The notes under the pieces are model-generated. The model was given only the letters and a program-made list of their open reading frames with translations, was not told the origin of the DNA and made no database searches. A DNA stretch of 64,000 nt from a virus. The stretch's first letter is position 1. Every line of letters begins with the position of its first letter. Positions 31,701 to 39,535 of this stretch are shown here, piece after piece. The position numbers and the translations under genes were made by a program. Where the stretch lies: positions 12,367 to 76,366 of IMG/VR virus record IMGVR_UViG_3300035670_000140. One strand, written 5' to 3'.

Positions 31701-33798
31701 CAACATTAGTATTTCTGGTCAATCTGGTAATACTTTACGTTTGATTACGTCAACTAATAACCCAACATCTTCTCCATCTCCAAGTGCTTTCTCAGCTGGT
31801 ATTATTGCTGACACAAGAAATAACACAGCAGATAGTTTAAGTGATGGAGGAACTCGTCACTTAGTAATGACGCTTAGAAACTTTGGTTCTGGTCTCGATG
31901 CCACAGGGGGCGGAGTAAGACAATTAGCGTTTACCGACAACGATAACTTATGGATTCGTGGTTCTGGATCCACACTAGATGAATTCGGAACTTGGGCTAA
32001 AGTTTGGACATCACTCAATGATGGTACTGGTAGTGGACTTGATGCTGATAGGTTAGCAGGTAGAAGAGGTGTATGGTATCAAAATGCTTTAAACATCAAC
32101 TATGGTTTATTAAGTGACAACAGGATACCAACATACTTAACTGCCAAGACATTTAATAATTCTGTAAAAATTAATACAACTACTAGTAATCCAAGATATA
32201 GAATTTATATTTCTGGTCAATTATTAACTGTTTCTCCTTTCCTTGCTGGTTTAACTGTAAACTTATACAATTCAAACTCACAGGGCGTTGGAACTATTTT
32301 AATCACAAATGTAGAAACATTTGATGATACAAACGATAATGCTAATGACTATACTATTATTACTGGATCTCTACAAACAGGTACTTTTACTGGTGCTCTG
32401 ACTATTGGTACTGCTAGCAATAGAGTAGAATTCCAAGATTACAGTTTAGATATCACTGGTTCATTTGAAACAGCAGAACTCTTTAGTGATACTGGAACAG
32501 CCAAGTTAAGACTTGGTAGAAAAGATGGCAATGCTTCATCTCCTGGCATTTTCTTCAATAGCAGTTCAGCAGCAGCAGATTTTAATGCTTCTATTGTAGC
32601 TTCTGGTGGTAATGGTACAACTGGAAGTGGATCATTAAACGTTACAGTTGGATCTGTAAACAGTCTTACTGTTAACAACAATATTGTTTGGAATGCTGGT
32701 AACGTAACTTTTGCTTCAAATAATGTTGCTAGTACAGCAGTTCTTCGTGATGCTTCTGGTAACTTCTCTGCTGGTACAATCACTGCTAGTGTGACTGGTG
32801 CTGCTTCCTTAAACGTATTGAAAGCAGGTGATTCAATGACAGGTGCTTTAAGCATTAATACTACTGGAGCAGCAGCAGACACTAATTACGAATTACAATT
32901 GTCAGGTTCTGCTGGTGGATGGGTTCAATTCCATAACAGATTAAGTGGAGGAGCTTGGAACCCATTAGTATCTACAGATGATAAAGGTATTATATTTACT
33001 AATGCTGCTGGAGCAGAACCAGGCACTTCTACTGGTAGATTTATTATTGCTCCTTGGTCAAATACAAGTGGTGGATTAGTTGTTTGGAATAATGGTAATG
33101 TAGGCATTAAGAGAAATAATCCGCTCATGCCGCTTGATGTTGGTCCTTCAGCGGGTCCATTCCAATCGGTAGCCAGATTTGGTAACAGCGGAAATGATAT
33201 TATTTTAACCCAAGGTAATGCCATAATTTCACATAATTGTTATTTTAATGGGGGGTGGATTACTACAGGTGCTGGCGGTGGATGTTTATTAGATCTACAA
33301 GGTGGTAGATTCTTATTCCAAACTACAAATACTACTTCATTAGCAGCAGGAGCTACTCCATCATTTAGCAAAACACCACTATCAATTTATAATTCTGGTA
33401 GAGTAACTGTCAATACAGGTACAGAAAATACTTCATATGATCTGTATGTAAATGGTAGCTTTGGTGCTATTTCTAAGTCGTTCGTTATTCCCCACCCATC
33501 CAAAGAAAATTATGAATTACGTTATGGTTCATTGGAAGGACCAGAGCACGGTGTATATGTTCGTGGTAAGTCATCTGATGTTATTGAGTTACCTGATTAT
33601 TGGACTGCTCTTGTCGATGAAAATACCATTACCGTTCAACTCACACCAATCGGAAACCATACATCATGGGTAGATAAGATTGAAGATAACAAGGTCTTCA
33701 TTGGTGGCGGTGAGGCATTCTACTTCGTTCAGGCAATGCGTAAGGATATTGATAAGTTAGAGGTTGAAGTTGAGTTACTTGTACAGGAGGAAGAGTGA
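25789..33798 (+). CDS. Long tail fibre/tailspike (2669 aa): split pectin-lyase-like beta-helix, two phycobiliprotein-like repeats, trimeric fibre motifs
   Basis: Beta-helix start 'VYVSQSIGDDQNDGRS...PVRTIKRA...GDYVEDNP...SIVGDNLR'; fibre motifs 'KIATTEYV', 'SGLDADLLDG', 'VLKAGDSMTGAL', 'LRDASGNFSAGTIT'; C-terminal 'KSFVIPHP...LEGPEHGVYVRG' domain. Confidence 0.85.
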   Translation: MSLEFNADKQIIKGSNPSIIGSSEFSVRSGTGANEKEVIRAILDSSTNLPRVGINRTGRRIERIEINQNQGGTGYTVTPSVLIDPPTLSGGVQALASAVVVNGSVVAIIVDNPGDGYATAPSITISGGNGAGAAATAFLDTVDFELDINGAIRTSTSIISDTARILNLDIENFVTPDANFRGPNLKTWANNTGIPWAPSVSLQVNDYRYFGQNLYQVLESGITGTTGPIHTDGQALNGTVLLKHIGYRVSDVNLPHYNQTGDSGVFPRSITPLLGDRSDKIATTEYVLNLATNDVGGRVYVSQSIGDDQNDGRSAAAPVRTIKRACQIASQTKGVKETVVISGGDYVEDNPISIPPDCSIVGDNLRLVIVRPANPKKHMFKFGDKNYVTGVTFRDQIDSAGDPVATWDFAMVFDDRQRIYYDVTSGGDFGRDFSIGHQIFGPPRIRVRFQTNTGLDALSVGESVRGINTGATGIVSAVTFDTTTGPQAYVNGTIDVDVTGGSFNNGETFQYEIGTAPNIDTYEFVSVEITSIRAEGEVVDTGTDLSTALPISRIDFSQQGTPLVTEGGFGYDGNPEDLGGIILYTNILLGRQNIHDFKEGQEILISGMPTSSPDLSFLNGKTRIYKVLDDADGRSRRFVIPKKVALTDSNFIPPSVASVRSYSYYVTLTLLNSPNKFDVASSISRRFQDACNLIRNNIDFIVDEAYLQILAEFSNFTPPNVSKCRRDIGHFLNAIIRDLEYGSNYNVIEAAKYYVENTTQIGYVDNEITETVRAFDIARRLAIIAMRNWRTGNGTISDPIYTPVYSSLQRFFDNTVITTTAGSPACADVASAIDTLGYLFVTVLTNNTADRFLDASYLIARNDDFIASEALGYTKATYPSLGLSVPDETKCKRDIKYILDALRRDLSLGGNAGIVTAAEAYFTGAQLTGIPTSELAATRFAFQKAKDLAILAMRNWKTGDGTGPTYTRVYETTISLFTDSTITIDPSTPICANVAAAITTSFTLLDDILAGTILPGATTKTYGTLYNPTITYPDNTIYDADNKRVTPRVTWDELPYIEASPYTQNSSIISFLGGSGALVDGSKVAQPNCPFPGLEPDGSATYPNQGKSMVASAFTIVSFGGIGYKVVNDGYTQLVSVFVIFCADGVLAESGGYASITNSATNFGIYALRARGYNNFAYSFDIGTITNVSTTPTGRTIFTIDGLGREPLEHYIVKIDGYSNVNPDIEYYIETVGAVTVGPPFSAQVTLESGTGGGAEFIKDATGQAVSTSIGEFSGKTIRLHRPSIVNSSSHTWEFAGSGTNYNALPENGGVKVEAYEQVNEDYGRVYVSGTDELGDFKVGTFAKIENRTGAITFTGTVTISEVEFLKLKGGDVVVTGFDASNTLGGANSTDSKLPTQKAVKDYITNNLGPYINKPYSTNAVPRALVELTDSGKISIDQIPALRPFNVYTVPNQAARLSIEGALAGDIAIQQDTNQSFILNNDLTSLFATFPVDTDLVFNTGDIFTGTPSTGQIQSTEYRQGVVYTINITNPGSGYTAPPTITISGGNPQVGAVSATATCTIANGQVVTVTITEFNGYLGGKGYTTPPTVTFSAPGGAGITATGAALIESRLYGSIVNNIKILDTDTIQSSNSPAETVDVSRVVNTSSSVNGNWVSLSTTQIAASDITSGVIDTSRLAFNSAAANSFTFLRGDKSYAPVVQSLKGAENRYFAILAQQANIGSSQLVFTTNSNTLKGHEVVNNVTGIAANTNITGVVTAAGLTTIQINNPLTSAITAGTVIEFRRGSSPLIFESSYTQGNFVDSIIIVNGGSGFTNGQYFDVSLSGGSGSGLKANIIVSSNAVTEILVTSGGSNYTGDFNITLSPTEIGGGAGLVLAAKISTVNRNYANTSIDINRVTDQTISADPFGTVGVGRFLKSQFFLGDAGNGSIQLKTGADSGLDADLLDGAQGSYYLNASNLNSGTVSVDRLSGTYNISISGQSGNTLRLITSTNNPTSSPSPSAFSAGIIADTRNNTADSLSDGGTRHLVMTLRNFGSGLDATGGGVRQLAFTDNDNLWIRGSGSTLDEFGTWAKVWTSLNDGTGSGLDADRLAGRRGVWYQNALNINYGLLSDNRIPTYLTAKTFNNSVKINTTTSNPRYRIYISGQLLTVSPFLAGLTVNLYNSNSQGVGTILITNVETFDDTNDNANDYTIITGSLQTGTFTGALTIGTASNRVEFQDYSLDITGSFETAELFSDTGTAKLRLGRKDGNASSPGIFFNSSSAAADFNASIVASGGNGTTGSGSLNVTVGSVNSLTVNNNIVWNAGNVTFASNNVASTAVLRDASGNFSAGTITASVTGAASLNVLKAGDSMTGALSINTTGAAADTNYELQLSGSAGGWVQFHNRLSGGAWNPLVSTDDKGIIFTNAAGAEPGTSTGRFIIAPWSNTSGGLVVWNNGNVGIKRNNPLMPLDVGPSAGPFQSVARFGNSGNDIILTQGNAIISHNCYFNGGWITTGAGGGCLLDLQGGRFLFQTTNTTSLAAGATPSFSKTPLSIYNSGRVTVNTGTENTSYDLYVNGSFGAISKSFVIPHPSKENYELRYGSLEGPEHGVYVRGKSSDVIELPDYWTALVDENTITVQLTPIGNHTSWVDKIEDNKVFIGGGEAFYFVQAMRKDIDKLEVEVELLVQEEE

Positions 33799-34469
33799 TG
33801 GCTATAGGTTATGGAAATACACTGCCAGGTTTAGATAATATAGTTCTTTGTGTTGATGCAGCAAATCCACAAATTTATGTGGCTGGAAATACTACATTTA
33901 CTTTAAACAGTGGTCTTTCTGCTCCATCAAATGGTTATTTTACTTTTGATGGAGCAGACGATAGCATTGGAGTACAAACACAATATTTAAATACTTCATA
34001 TACTGGGAAAACTATAATTGTTGCTGCTTGGATGGATTCTGATGTTATTTTTACATCAAGTTATTATAGAGCTATGATAGGTAGTATTGGAGATAGGAAT
34101 GTTAACTTTTACATTAGAACTAGAGGACCAAATCCAAATGAATATGATTTACATTTTAGCACAGGACCTTCTGGTGCTTATTACGGAACCTTAAGTGCTG
34201 GTATCACTTTAAATACTCAGCAATGGTATATTTTTGCAATCACACAATCCTCATCAGATGGTGCCCATAATTATTATATGAATGGATCTTTAATATCAAC
34301 AAGTCCTTCTACTTGGTATTCTTATGGTCAGAATTCCACAGAATTTTTGGGAAGAGCTGACAACTTTTGGAAGGGTAGAATTGGTTATTGGTATGTTTAC
34401 AATAAAGCTTTTACTACCCAAGAAATTAAAACTCATTACGATTTAACCAAAGGGAGGTTTGGACTCTAA
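33798..34469 (+). CDS. LamG/concanavalin A-like lectin domain protein 1
   Basis: TGATG overlap, with AGGAGG upstream of the ATG at 33798; 'LCVDAAN', 'FTFDGADD', 'YYMNG', 'YNKAFTTQEI...KGRFGL'. Confidence 0.8.
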   Translation: MAIGYGNTLPGLDNIVLCVDAANPQIYVAGNTTFTLNSGLSAPSNGYFTFDGADDSIGVQTQYLNTSYTGKTIIVAAWMDSDVIFTSSYYRAMIGSIGDRNVNFYIRTRGPNPNEYDLHFSTGPSGAYYGTLSAGITLNTQQWYIFAITQSSSDGAHNYYMNGSLISTSPSTWYSYGQNSTEFLGRADNFWKGRIGYWYVYNKAFTTQEIKTHYDLTKGRFGL

Positions 34470-35164
34470 TGGGATTATCTCACAACTACCAAATTCCTAC
34501 TAATGGATTAAAATTATTTGTCGATGAGACTTTAAATCCATTAGGAACTTCTACAGGATTTCAGGGAATTGCTTATGGAGACAATCCGTATAGTGGTACA
34601 TTTTCTGTTCCCCCAACTAGTGTAGAATGGGCAAGAAATATAACTAATATTACAGTAAGTGTTGTTGTATATAAATATGCTACTTCAGTAGGATACGCAA
34701 CACACCCAATCAACATGTGGGGAACTGGTGGCAATGGTTTGGATACTGCTGGATTAGTATTATATAATTTTGGCAATTATCAAGGAAATGGAGGTGATGG
34801 CGATATATCTTTTTATATGGGAGATTTTAATGGCTCTGTCGGTGGTTGGAGAGGACATGGAGTTGCTGGAGGTTCGACCAAAATACAAGTTGGAGAATAT
34901 TATCATGTAGTTTTTCAGTTGGGTGGTGGTATTGGTTGGACTTGGAGAAATGGGCAAAAAGTAGAACAACAAAGCTATCCCAGACCAATAGCAAATAGTA
35001 CTATTGCTGGGTATGGCCAAAATAATTTAAATATTTACGGTCCTTTTCAACAAGATTTTGGTGTAATTAAAAGCGGTCTTTTCTACAATAGAACATGTAG
35101 TGACGAAGAAATTTTATCTCAATTAAATTATTTTAAAAGAAGATATCCAATCTCTAACAGATAA
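34469..35164 (+). CDS. LamG/concanavalin A-like lectin domain protein 2 (divergent)
   Basis: TAATG overlap; 'TNGLKLFVD', 'EYYHVVF', 'WRNG', 'FYNRTCSDEEI...KRRY'. Confidence 0.7.
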   Translation: MGLSHNYQIPTNGLKLFVDETLNPLGTSTGFQGIAYGDNPYSGTFSVPPTSVEWARNITNITVSVVVYKYATSVGYATHPINMWGTGGNGLDTAGLVLYNFGNYQGNGGDGDISFYMGDFNGSVGGWRGHGVAGGSTKIQVGEYYHVVFQLGGGIGWTWRNGQKVEQQSYPRPIANSTIAGYGQNNLNIYGPFQQDFGVIKSGLFYNRTCSDEEILSQLNYFKRRYPISNR

Positions 35165-35176
35165 AGGAGAATTTAA

Positions 35177-35980
35177 ATGGGCTGTTTTTCTGGAGCAAAT
35201 AATTTAATAGAATATCCAGTTTCTGTTATTAATATTAGTAACGTTGTTACTAATGGTCTTCAAATGTATTGGGATGCCGCTAGAAATTTTTCATATGTTT
35301 CTGGCAATTCTCAATGGAATGATATTAGTGGAAATTTAAACAAACCATTCACATTAAGAAGTAATGGGTATGGAAATAATGGAGAGCAAGCTCCATCAGC
35401 AATTGTTTTTTCTGGCGAAGGAGGTGGATCTTTATTATTTGATGGTATAAATGATTTTGGAACTTTAGGAACATCTGCTTCTCCAACAGCAAATTCTCCT
35501 TATACAGCAACATCTAATATTACAGTATGTGTTTGGATGAAAACTACTGACGGAGGAGATAAAGGATTTTGGTCACATTGTAATGGAGGACCAGTAAATT
35601 TATCTTATGGAATTGCTGGAGGAAAAATGAGATATTGGTATTATACCGCTCCTTGGCAAACATTAGATAGTAATGCTTCTATTAATGACGGAAACTGGAA
35701 ATTTTTAGTTTGGGCAAAATCTGGAACTAATATGAAACAATATATAAATGGCTCTTTGGATAGAGATACTACTTTAGTTGGAGATGTTACTGGTCCTCTT
35801 TATAGTTTAGGTTCTCGCTGGGGTCCCTGTAATTCCGATAGTTATGGAGCTGGCACAAACAGTTCTGGAGGAAGTATATTTACAGGAAATTTAGCGATTA
35901 TGATGGCTTATAATAGACAACTTTCTCAAACAGAAGTTAGTCAAAATTTTCAAAGTTTTAAGACTAGATTTGGATTATAA
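35177..35980 (+). CDS. LamG/concanavalin A-like lectin domain protein 3
   Basis: AAGGAG RBS; 'VVTNGLQMYWDAA...SY...WNDISGN', 'FDGINDF', 'YINGSL', 'YNRQLSQTEVSQNF...RFGL'. Confidence 0.85.
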   Translation: MGCFSGANNLIEYPVSVINISNVVTNGLQMYWDAARNFSYVSGNSQWNDISGNLNKPFTLRSNGYGNNGEQAPSAIVFSGEGGGSLLFDGINDFGTLGTSASPTANSPYTATSNITVCVWMKTTDGGDKGFWSHCNGGPVNLSYGIAGGKMRYWYYTAPWQTLDSNASINDGNWKFLVWAKSGTNMKQYINGSLDRDTTLVGDVTGPLYSLGSRWGPCNSDSYGAGTNSSGGSIFTGNLAIMMAYNRQLSQTEVSQNFQSFKTRFGL

Positions 35981-35983
35981 ATA
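35976..35983 (+). promoter_or_regulatory. Late promoter (TATAAATA) opening the fibre/enzyme operon
   Basis: Exact T4 late consensus, 22 nt before the ATG at 36006. Confidence 0.75.
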
Positions 35984-36005
35984 CTCAATAAAAGGCTTGT
36001 AACAA

Positions 36006-38009
36006 ATGGCGAATTCTGATAAGGATATCCTTATAACGCCTAATAAAGGCACTACATCATTACCAGAAGTTAGTTTTGTCGGTCAAGTAAACTCACCGAT
36101 TAGACTTCGTGTGCTTGATGATAACACGTTATCCTTTGAGGGTTCCGCTGGTCAATTATTTTCAATCAATAATAATTTAACGTCAGGAACTATTTTTGCT
36201 GCTTCTGATGTTTCTGGTGTTCCTGGAATAGCATTGGATGCTAATGGAACTCTAAGGTTATCTCCCTTTTCTGGTGGAGTTGCTGTTGGTGGCAATGGAT
36301 ATTTTACAGCAACTGCTAAATTACATGTAAGATCTTCGTCAACTAGCGATGGTGCGGGTCCAATATATCTAGAAAGAACTTCTACTAATCAAGAATGCGC
36401 CATTAACTGGTTAACTAGTGGTGTTAGAAAATGGTGGTTGGGAACTGATAATGATTCTACTGATAACTTCTTAGGAATTTATAAGTGGGATGGAACTGGA
36501 GCAGGATATATACTCTCTTTTGTAGATAATAATCTTGCTATTAATGGAAGAACTCCAACTGCTAGACTCAATGTTTATGGTGATCACAACACAACTCAAT
36601 TACGATTAACGCTCCCAGCAGCAAATAATGGTAGCGGAGCTGGTATTGCTCATTTACAAGCATGGTTGTCTGAACCAGGGCAAACTTGGAATGGCGGTGG
36701 TATTGGTGTTAACGTAACCAATTATTATAGAGGTCTTAATGGATCTGATGCTAACATAGGTACGTTTTTAAATGGTTATACAAACGTTAATAATGATACT
36801 TACTTTCCAAGATTTAATACTAATTTAGGTCAAGCCTATATTAGGATGTATCCTGGTAGCGGTAGCGATGATTTTGCTTTTATTGATTTTATAACATCTA
36901 CCAGAACTGGAACATTTTGGCCAACAACCATGAGGGTAAGAAATGGTTGTGTTTCTATGGGAGGTATTGATATTAATGCTAGCTATAGATTAAATGTAAA
37001 CGGTAATATTAATTTTGTTGGCGATTTATATAAAAATGGTGTTCTGTATGAATCACTACCAGCTCAAAGTAGTTCCACAAGAGGAGCTGTATTAAGATCT
37101 AACGGCACAGCAGCTTATTGGGATAATGACACAGCAGATACATTCACTGGTTCTACTGTCGTTCGTGGTTATACTCTAGGTGGATACCAGAACGCTACTG
37201 CTTGGTTAAATGTTAATAGAACTGACCATGCTAGCGACACAACATATAATTTGGGGGATCAAGTTTCCACTCTTGATGCTTATACTGCTGCTTGTTCCAA
37301 TGGAACATATGCTTATGTATTACATCCAGGAGGAAACTGGTCAGCACAAGGTAGAGAAATTAACCGCTTTAACATGTTAACTGATACTAATGCCGATATT
37401 TCAACACAAATGCTCACAACTAAAGATAGAAACTCTTTGATGAGAAGTAAATTTATTTATGCTTATTCGTTTGGAAATAATCAACCAGAAAGATTTAATA
37501 TTTTAACAGAAACTCCATCACTATTTTTATCCGCATCAGATCAAAATGGTTCTACTGGAGCAAACCCAGCATGTGGATCTGGTGAACTTAGGGGATGGCA
37601 TATGGTTGCTGGCACTAGAGGAAATTATTTAGAATTTACAACAGAGTCTTGGAATTCTTGGTCACCACCAGGACCAGATGGAACTAATAAAACAATTAGT
37701 ACATACACAGGGTTTATGTATTGGAATACTGGTGGGGGATATTCCACAGGCAATGCTTGGAGTAAGCGCCATGATTATAATGGATCTCAATACTTAACTA
37801 TTGGTAAACCAGGGGCAACTGGAGAAGAATCTCTACATACTGGAGAGGTAAAAGGATACATGGTAGGTATGTATAACGGTGCTCAGAATAATCAAGGAGG
37901 TATTATGAATTATGCCAACAATACATTTAGCTTTGTTTCTAGTGTAAATAGTGTTGGACCTGGCGGAAGAGCATCTGCTGCTGGTATTGAATACGGAAGA
38001 GGAGTATAA
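36006..38009 (+). CDS. Fibre-like virion protein with C-terminal beta-propeller-like repeat domain (667 aa)
   Basis: N-terminal 'LSFEGSAGQLFSI...DVSGVP'; fibre motifs 'TAKLHV', 'PTARLNVYG', 'YRLNVNGNINFVGDLYKNG'; C-terminal blade-like repeats (RGYTLGG, YAYVLHPGG, YAYSFG, RGWHMVAG, FMYWNTGG, KGYMVG). Confidence 0.7.
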   Translation: MANSDKDILITPNKGTTSLPEVSFVGQVNSPIRLRVLDDNTLSFEGSAGQLFSINNNLTSGTIFAASDVSGVPGIALDANGTLRLSPFSGGVAVGGNGYFTATAKLHVRSSSTSDGAGPIYLERTSTNQECAINWLTSGVRKWWLGTDNDSTDNFLGIYKWDGTGAGYILSFVDNNLAINGRTPTARLNVYGDHNTTQLRLTLPAANNGSGAGIAHLQAWLSEPGQTWNGGGIGVNVTNYYRGLNGSDANIGTFLNGYTNVNNDTYFPRFNTNLGQAYIRMYPGSGSDDFAFIDFITSTRTGTFWPTTMRVRNGCVSMGGIDINASYRLNVNGNINFVGDLYKNGVLYESLPAQSSSTRGAVLRSNGTAAYWDNDTADTFTGSTVVRGYTLGGYQNATAWLNVNRTDHASDTTYNLGDQVSTLDAYTAACSNGTYAYVLHPGGNWSAQGREINRFNMLTDTNADISTQMLTTKDRNSLMRSKFIYAYSFGNNQPERFNILTETPSLFLSASDQNGSTGANPACGSGELRGWHMVAGTRGNYLEFTTESWNSWSPPGPDGTNKTISTYTGFMYWNTGGGYSTGNAWSKRHDYNGSQYLTIGKPGATGEESLHTGEVKGYMVGMYNGAQNNQGGIMNYANNTFSFVSSVNSVGPGGRASAAGIEYGRGV

Positions 38010-38012
38010 AAA

Positions 38013-38771
38013 ATGGAAAATATATTTTATATTGTCAAAACAACAGACGATCTTTATAAAATCCCAGATCTAAAAATCTATTTTACCAACTATGGTTGGA
38101 CTGTAGTATCTTTTGATAAGAAATATAGCGACTTATTTGTGTCTTCGAAGTTTAAATATTTTGAATTGTCATATGATGATATTTTAGGATTTAAAGCATT
38201 TGGTGACATGAGATCAGAAATAAAAGTAATGGCAGATGATGAGATTGAACAACCATACATTCCATTAGGAACAGAAAGTATACGAGTAAAAATTCCTGTT
38301 ACTGAACATCGTTATAATTGTATTTTAAATTCTATGAAATTGTTTGCTACAATTTTATTAGAAGAAGAATTTGATGATAGATTTAATAAATTAAAATTAA
38401 ATTTTTCTGAATTAGAAAAACAAACTTGGGAACAGCAATTACAAGAAGTTAAAAATTACGAGAATAAATTAGAAACTCCATTACTGAACAGTATATCTAA
38501 AGCAAAAAATATTACTACAGATGAATTAGTTAATTTGATAGTCCAAAAAAAATTAGAATATGATCAAAAATCATCTGAATTATTTGTTAAATTAATTGAA
38601 TTAAAAACTACTTTCAAAGATGTCAATGAGATAGAAAACATGAATTTATTGTACGCTAAATATTTCAACATACAATTATCTTTTACTCAGGAATATAAAG
38701 AATCCCATCCAGAAATTTTTAATGAGAATGGTGGATTTATTGTTCCATTAGGTGTTGGTTACAATTTCTAG
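38013..38771 (+). CDS. Hypothetical protein, tail-fibre-assembly chaperone-like C-terminal half (252 aa)
   Basis: 'ELEKQTWEQQLQEV...TPLLNSISKAKNITTDELVNLIVQK' resembles a motif seen in proteins encoded just downstream of phage tail fibres; 3 nt from the upstream stop. Confidence 0.55.
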   Translation: MENIFYIVKTTDDLYKIPDLKIYFTNYGWTVVSFDKKYSDLFVSSKFKYFELSYDDILGFKAFGDMRSEIKVMADDEIEQPYIPLGTESIRVKIPVTEHRYNCILNSMKLFATILLEEEFDDRFNKLKLNFSELEKQTWEQQLQEVKNYENKLETPLLNSISKAKNITTDELVNLIVQKKLEYDQKSSELFVKLIELKTTFKDVNEIENMNLLYAKYFNIQLSFTQEYKESHPEIFNENGGFIVPLGVGYNF

Positions 38772-38779
38772 TATCTATT

Positions 38780-39535
38780 ATGGCATTATCTGAATCTGAA
38801 CTACACGATTTTCTAGATGAAAATAATTCATCTATGAGCAATTATCAAATTGATCATTTTGTTTTAAGATCACAAGTAACTGATTTTAGACAAGTAAAGC
38901 AATCTCTTCTAGAATTAGAAGGAAGAAAAGATAGCTTGTATCAAACTAAAGTTAATCTAAAAAGAAAAAAAATTACTAGAGATAAAATAGAATATGAAAT
39001 CAAAAATGCTACTGACGAATTTCAGAAAAGATTTTTAGAAGTTGATTTAGAAGAAGTAAATAAAGATATCTATTTTATAGAAAGAAGATTAACAGTACAA
39101 GAAAAAGAATATAATTATTTTGCCGAAAAAATTTATTCTAGATTCAACAGTAAAGAAGAATTAGAAAAATTTTGTAATAATCCAGAAGAAGAACACAAAT
39201 ATTGGATTGCTCGTATGGGCAAACAAGCAGCTATAGATATGATTTCTCTTGGTAGAATTAGCGTTGGTAATATGGATTCTATTGCTATGATGAGCGAAGA
39301 AGATCAAATTCAAACTCTCAAAGTAGCAATTCAATATTCTGGTTTGATGAATGTAGGTATTAATAAGCTACAGCAAGAAATGATTCCATATCTCAAGCAA
39401 GTAGAAAATAATTCTAATAGATTACTTCCTACGTTTGATGGAATTGAAGATAATTTAAATATCAATTTAGTGAATCAATTACAAAATGAAAAGCAAAAAC
39501 TTCAGCTTACCGATAAACCCAAAATCATCGAGTGA
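38780..39535 (+). CDS. Hypothetical helical/coiled-coil protein (251 aa)
   Basis: Long open frame, charged and heptad-rich; 'MSNYQIDHFV...RQVKQSLLEL', 'YWIARMGKQAAIDMIS.GRI..GN'. Confidence 0.7.
   Translation: MALSESELHDFLDENNSSMSNYQIDHFVLRSQVTDFRQVKQSLLELEGRKDSLYQTKVNLKRKKITRDKIEYEIKNATDEFQKRFLEVDLEEVNKDIYFIERRLTVQEKEYNYFAEKIYSRFNSKEELEKFCNNPEEEHKYWIARMGKQAAIDMISLGRISVGNMDSIAMMSEEDQIQTLKVAIQYSGLMNVGINKLQQEMIPYLKQVENNSNRLLPTFDGIEDNLNINLVNQLQNEKQKLQLTDKPKIIE

Noticed and set aside
4448-33224. Many short minus-strand ORFs rich in Pro/Ser/Thr/Ala (e.g. 4448-4690, 12163-12435, 26010-26324, 32439-32882)
   Set aside because: They are antisense shadows of Gly/Thr-rich codons in long, well-supported + strand genes, with no RBS, promoter or recognisable motif.
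33798-38009. Diversity-generating retroelement acting on the lectin or fibre tips
   Set aside because: There is no reverse transcriptase in the window, and I saw no near-identical template/variable repeat pair differing at adenines. A template elsewhere in the genome cannot be excluded.
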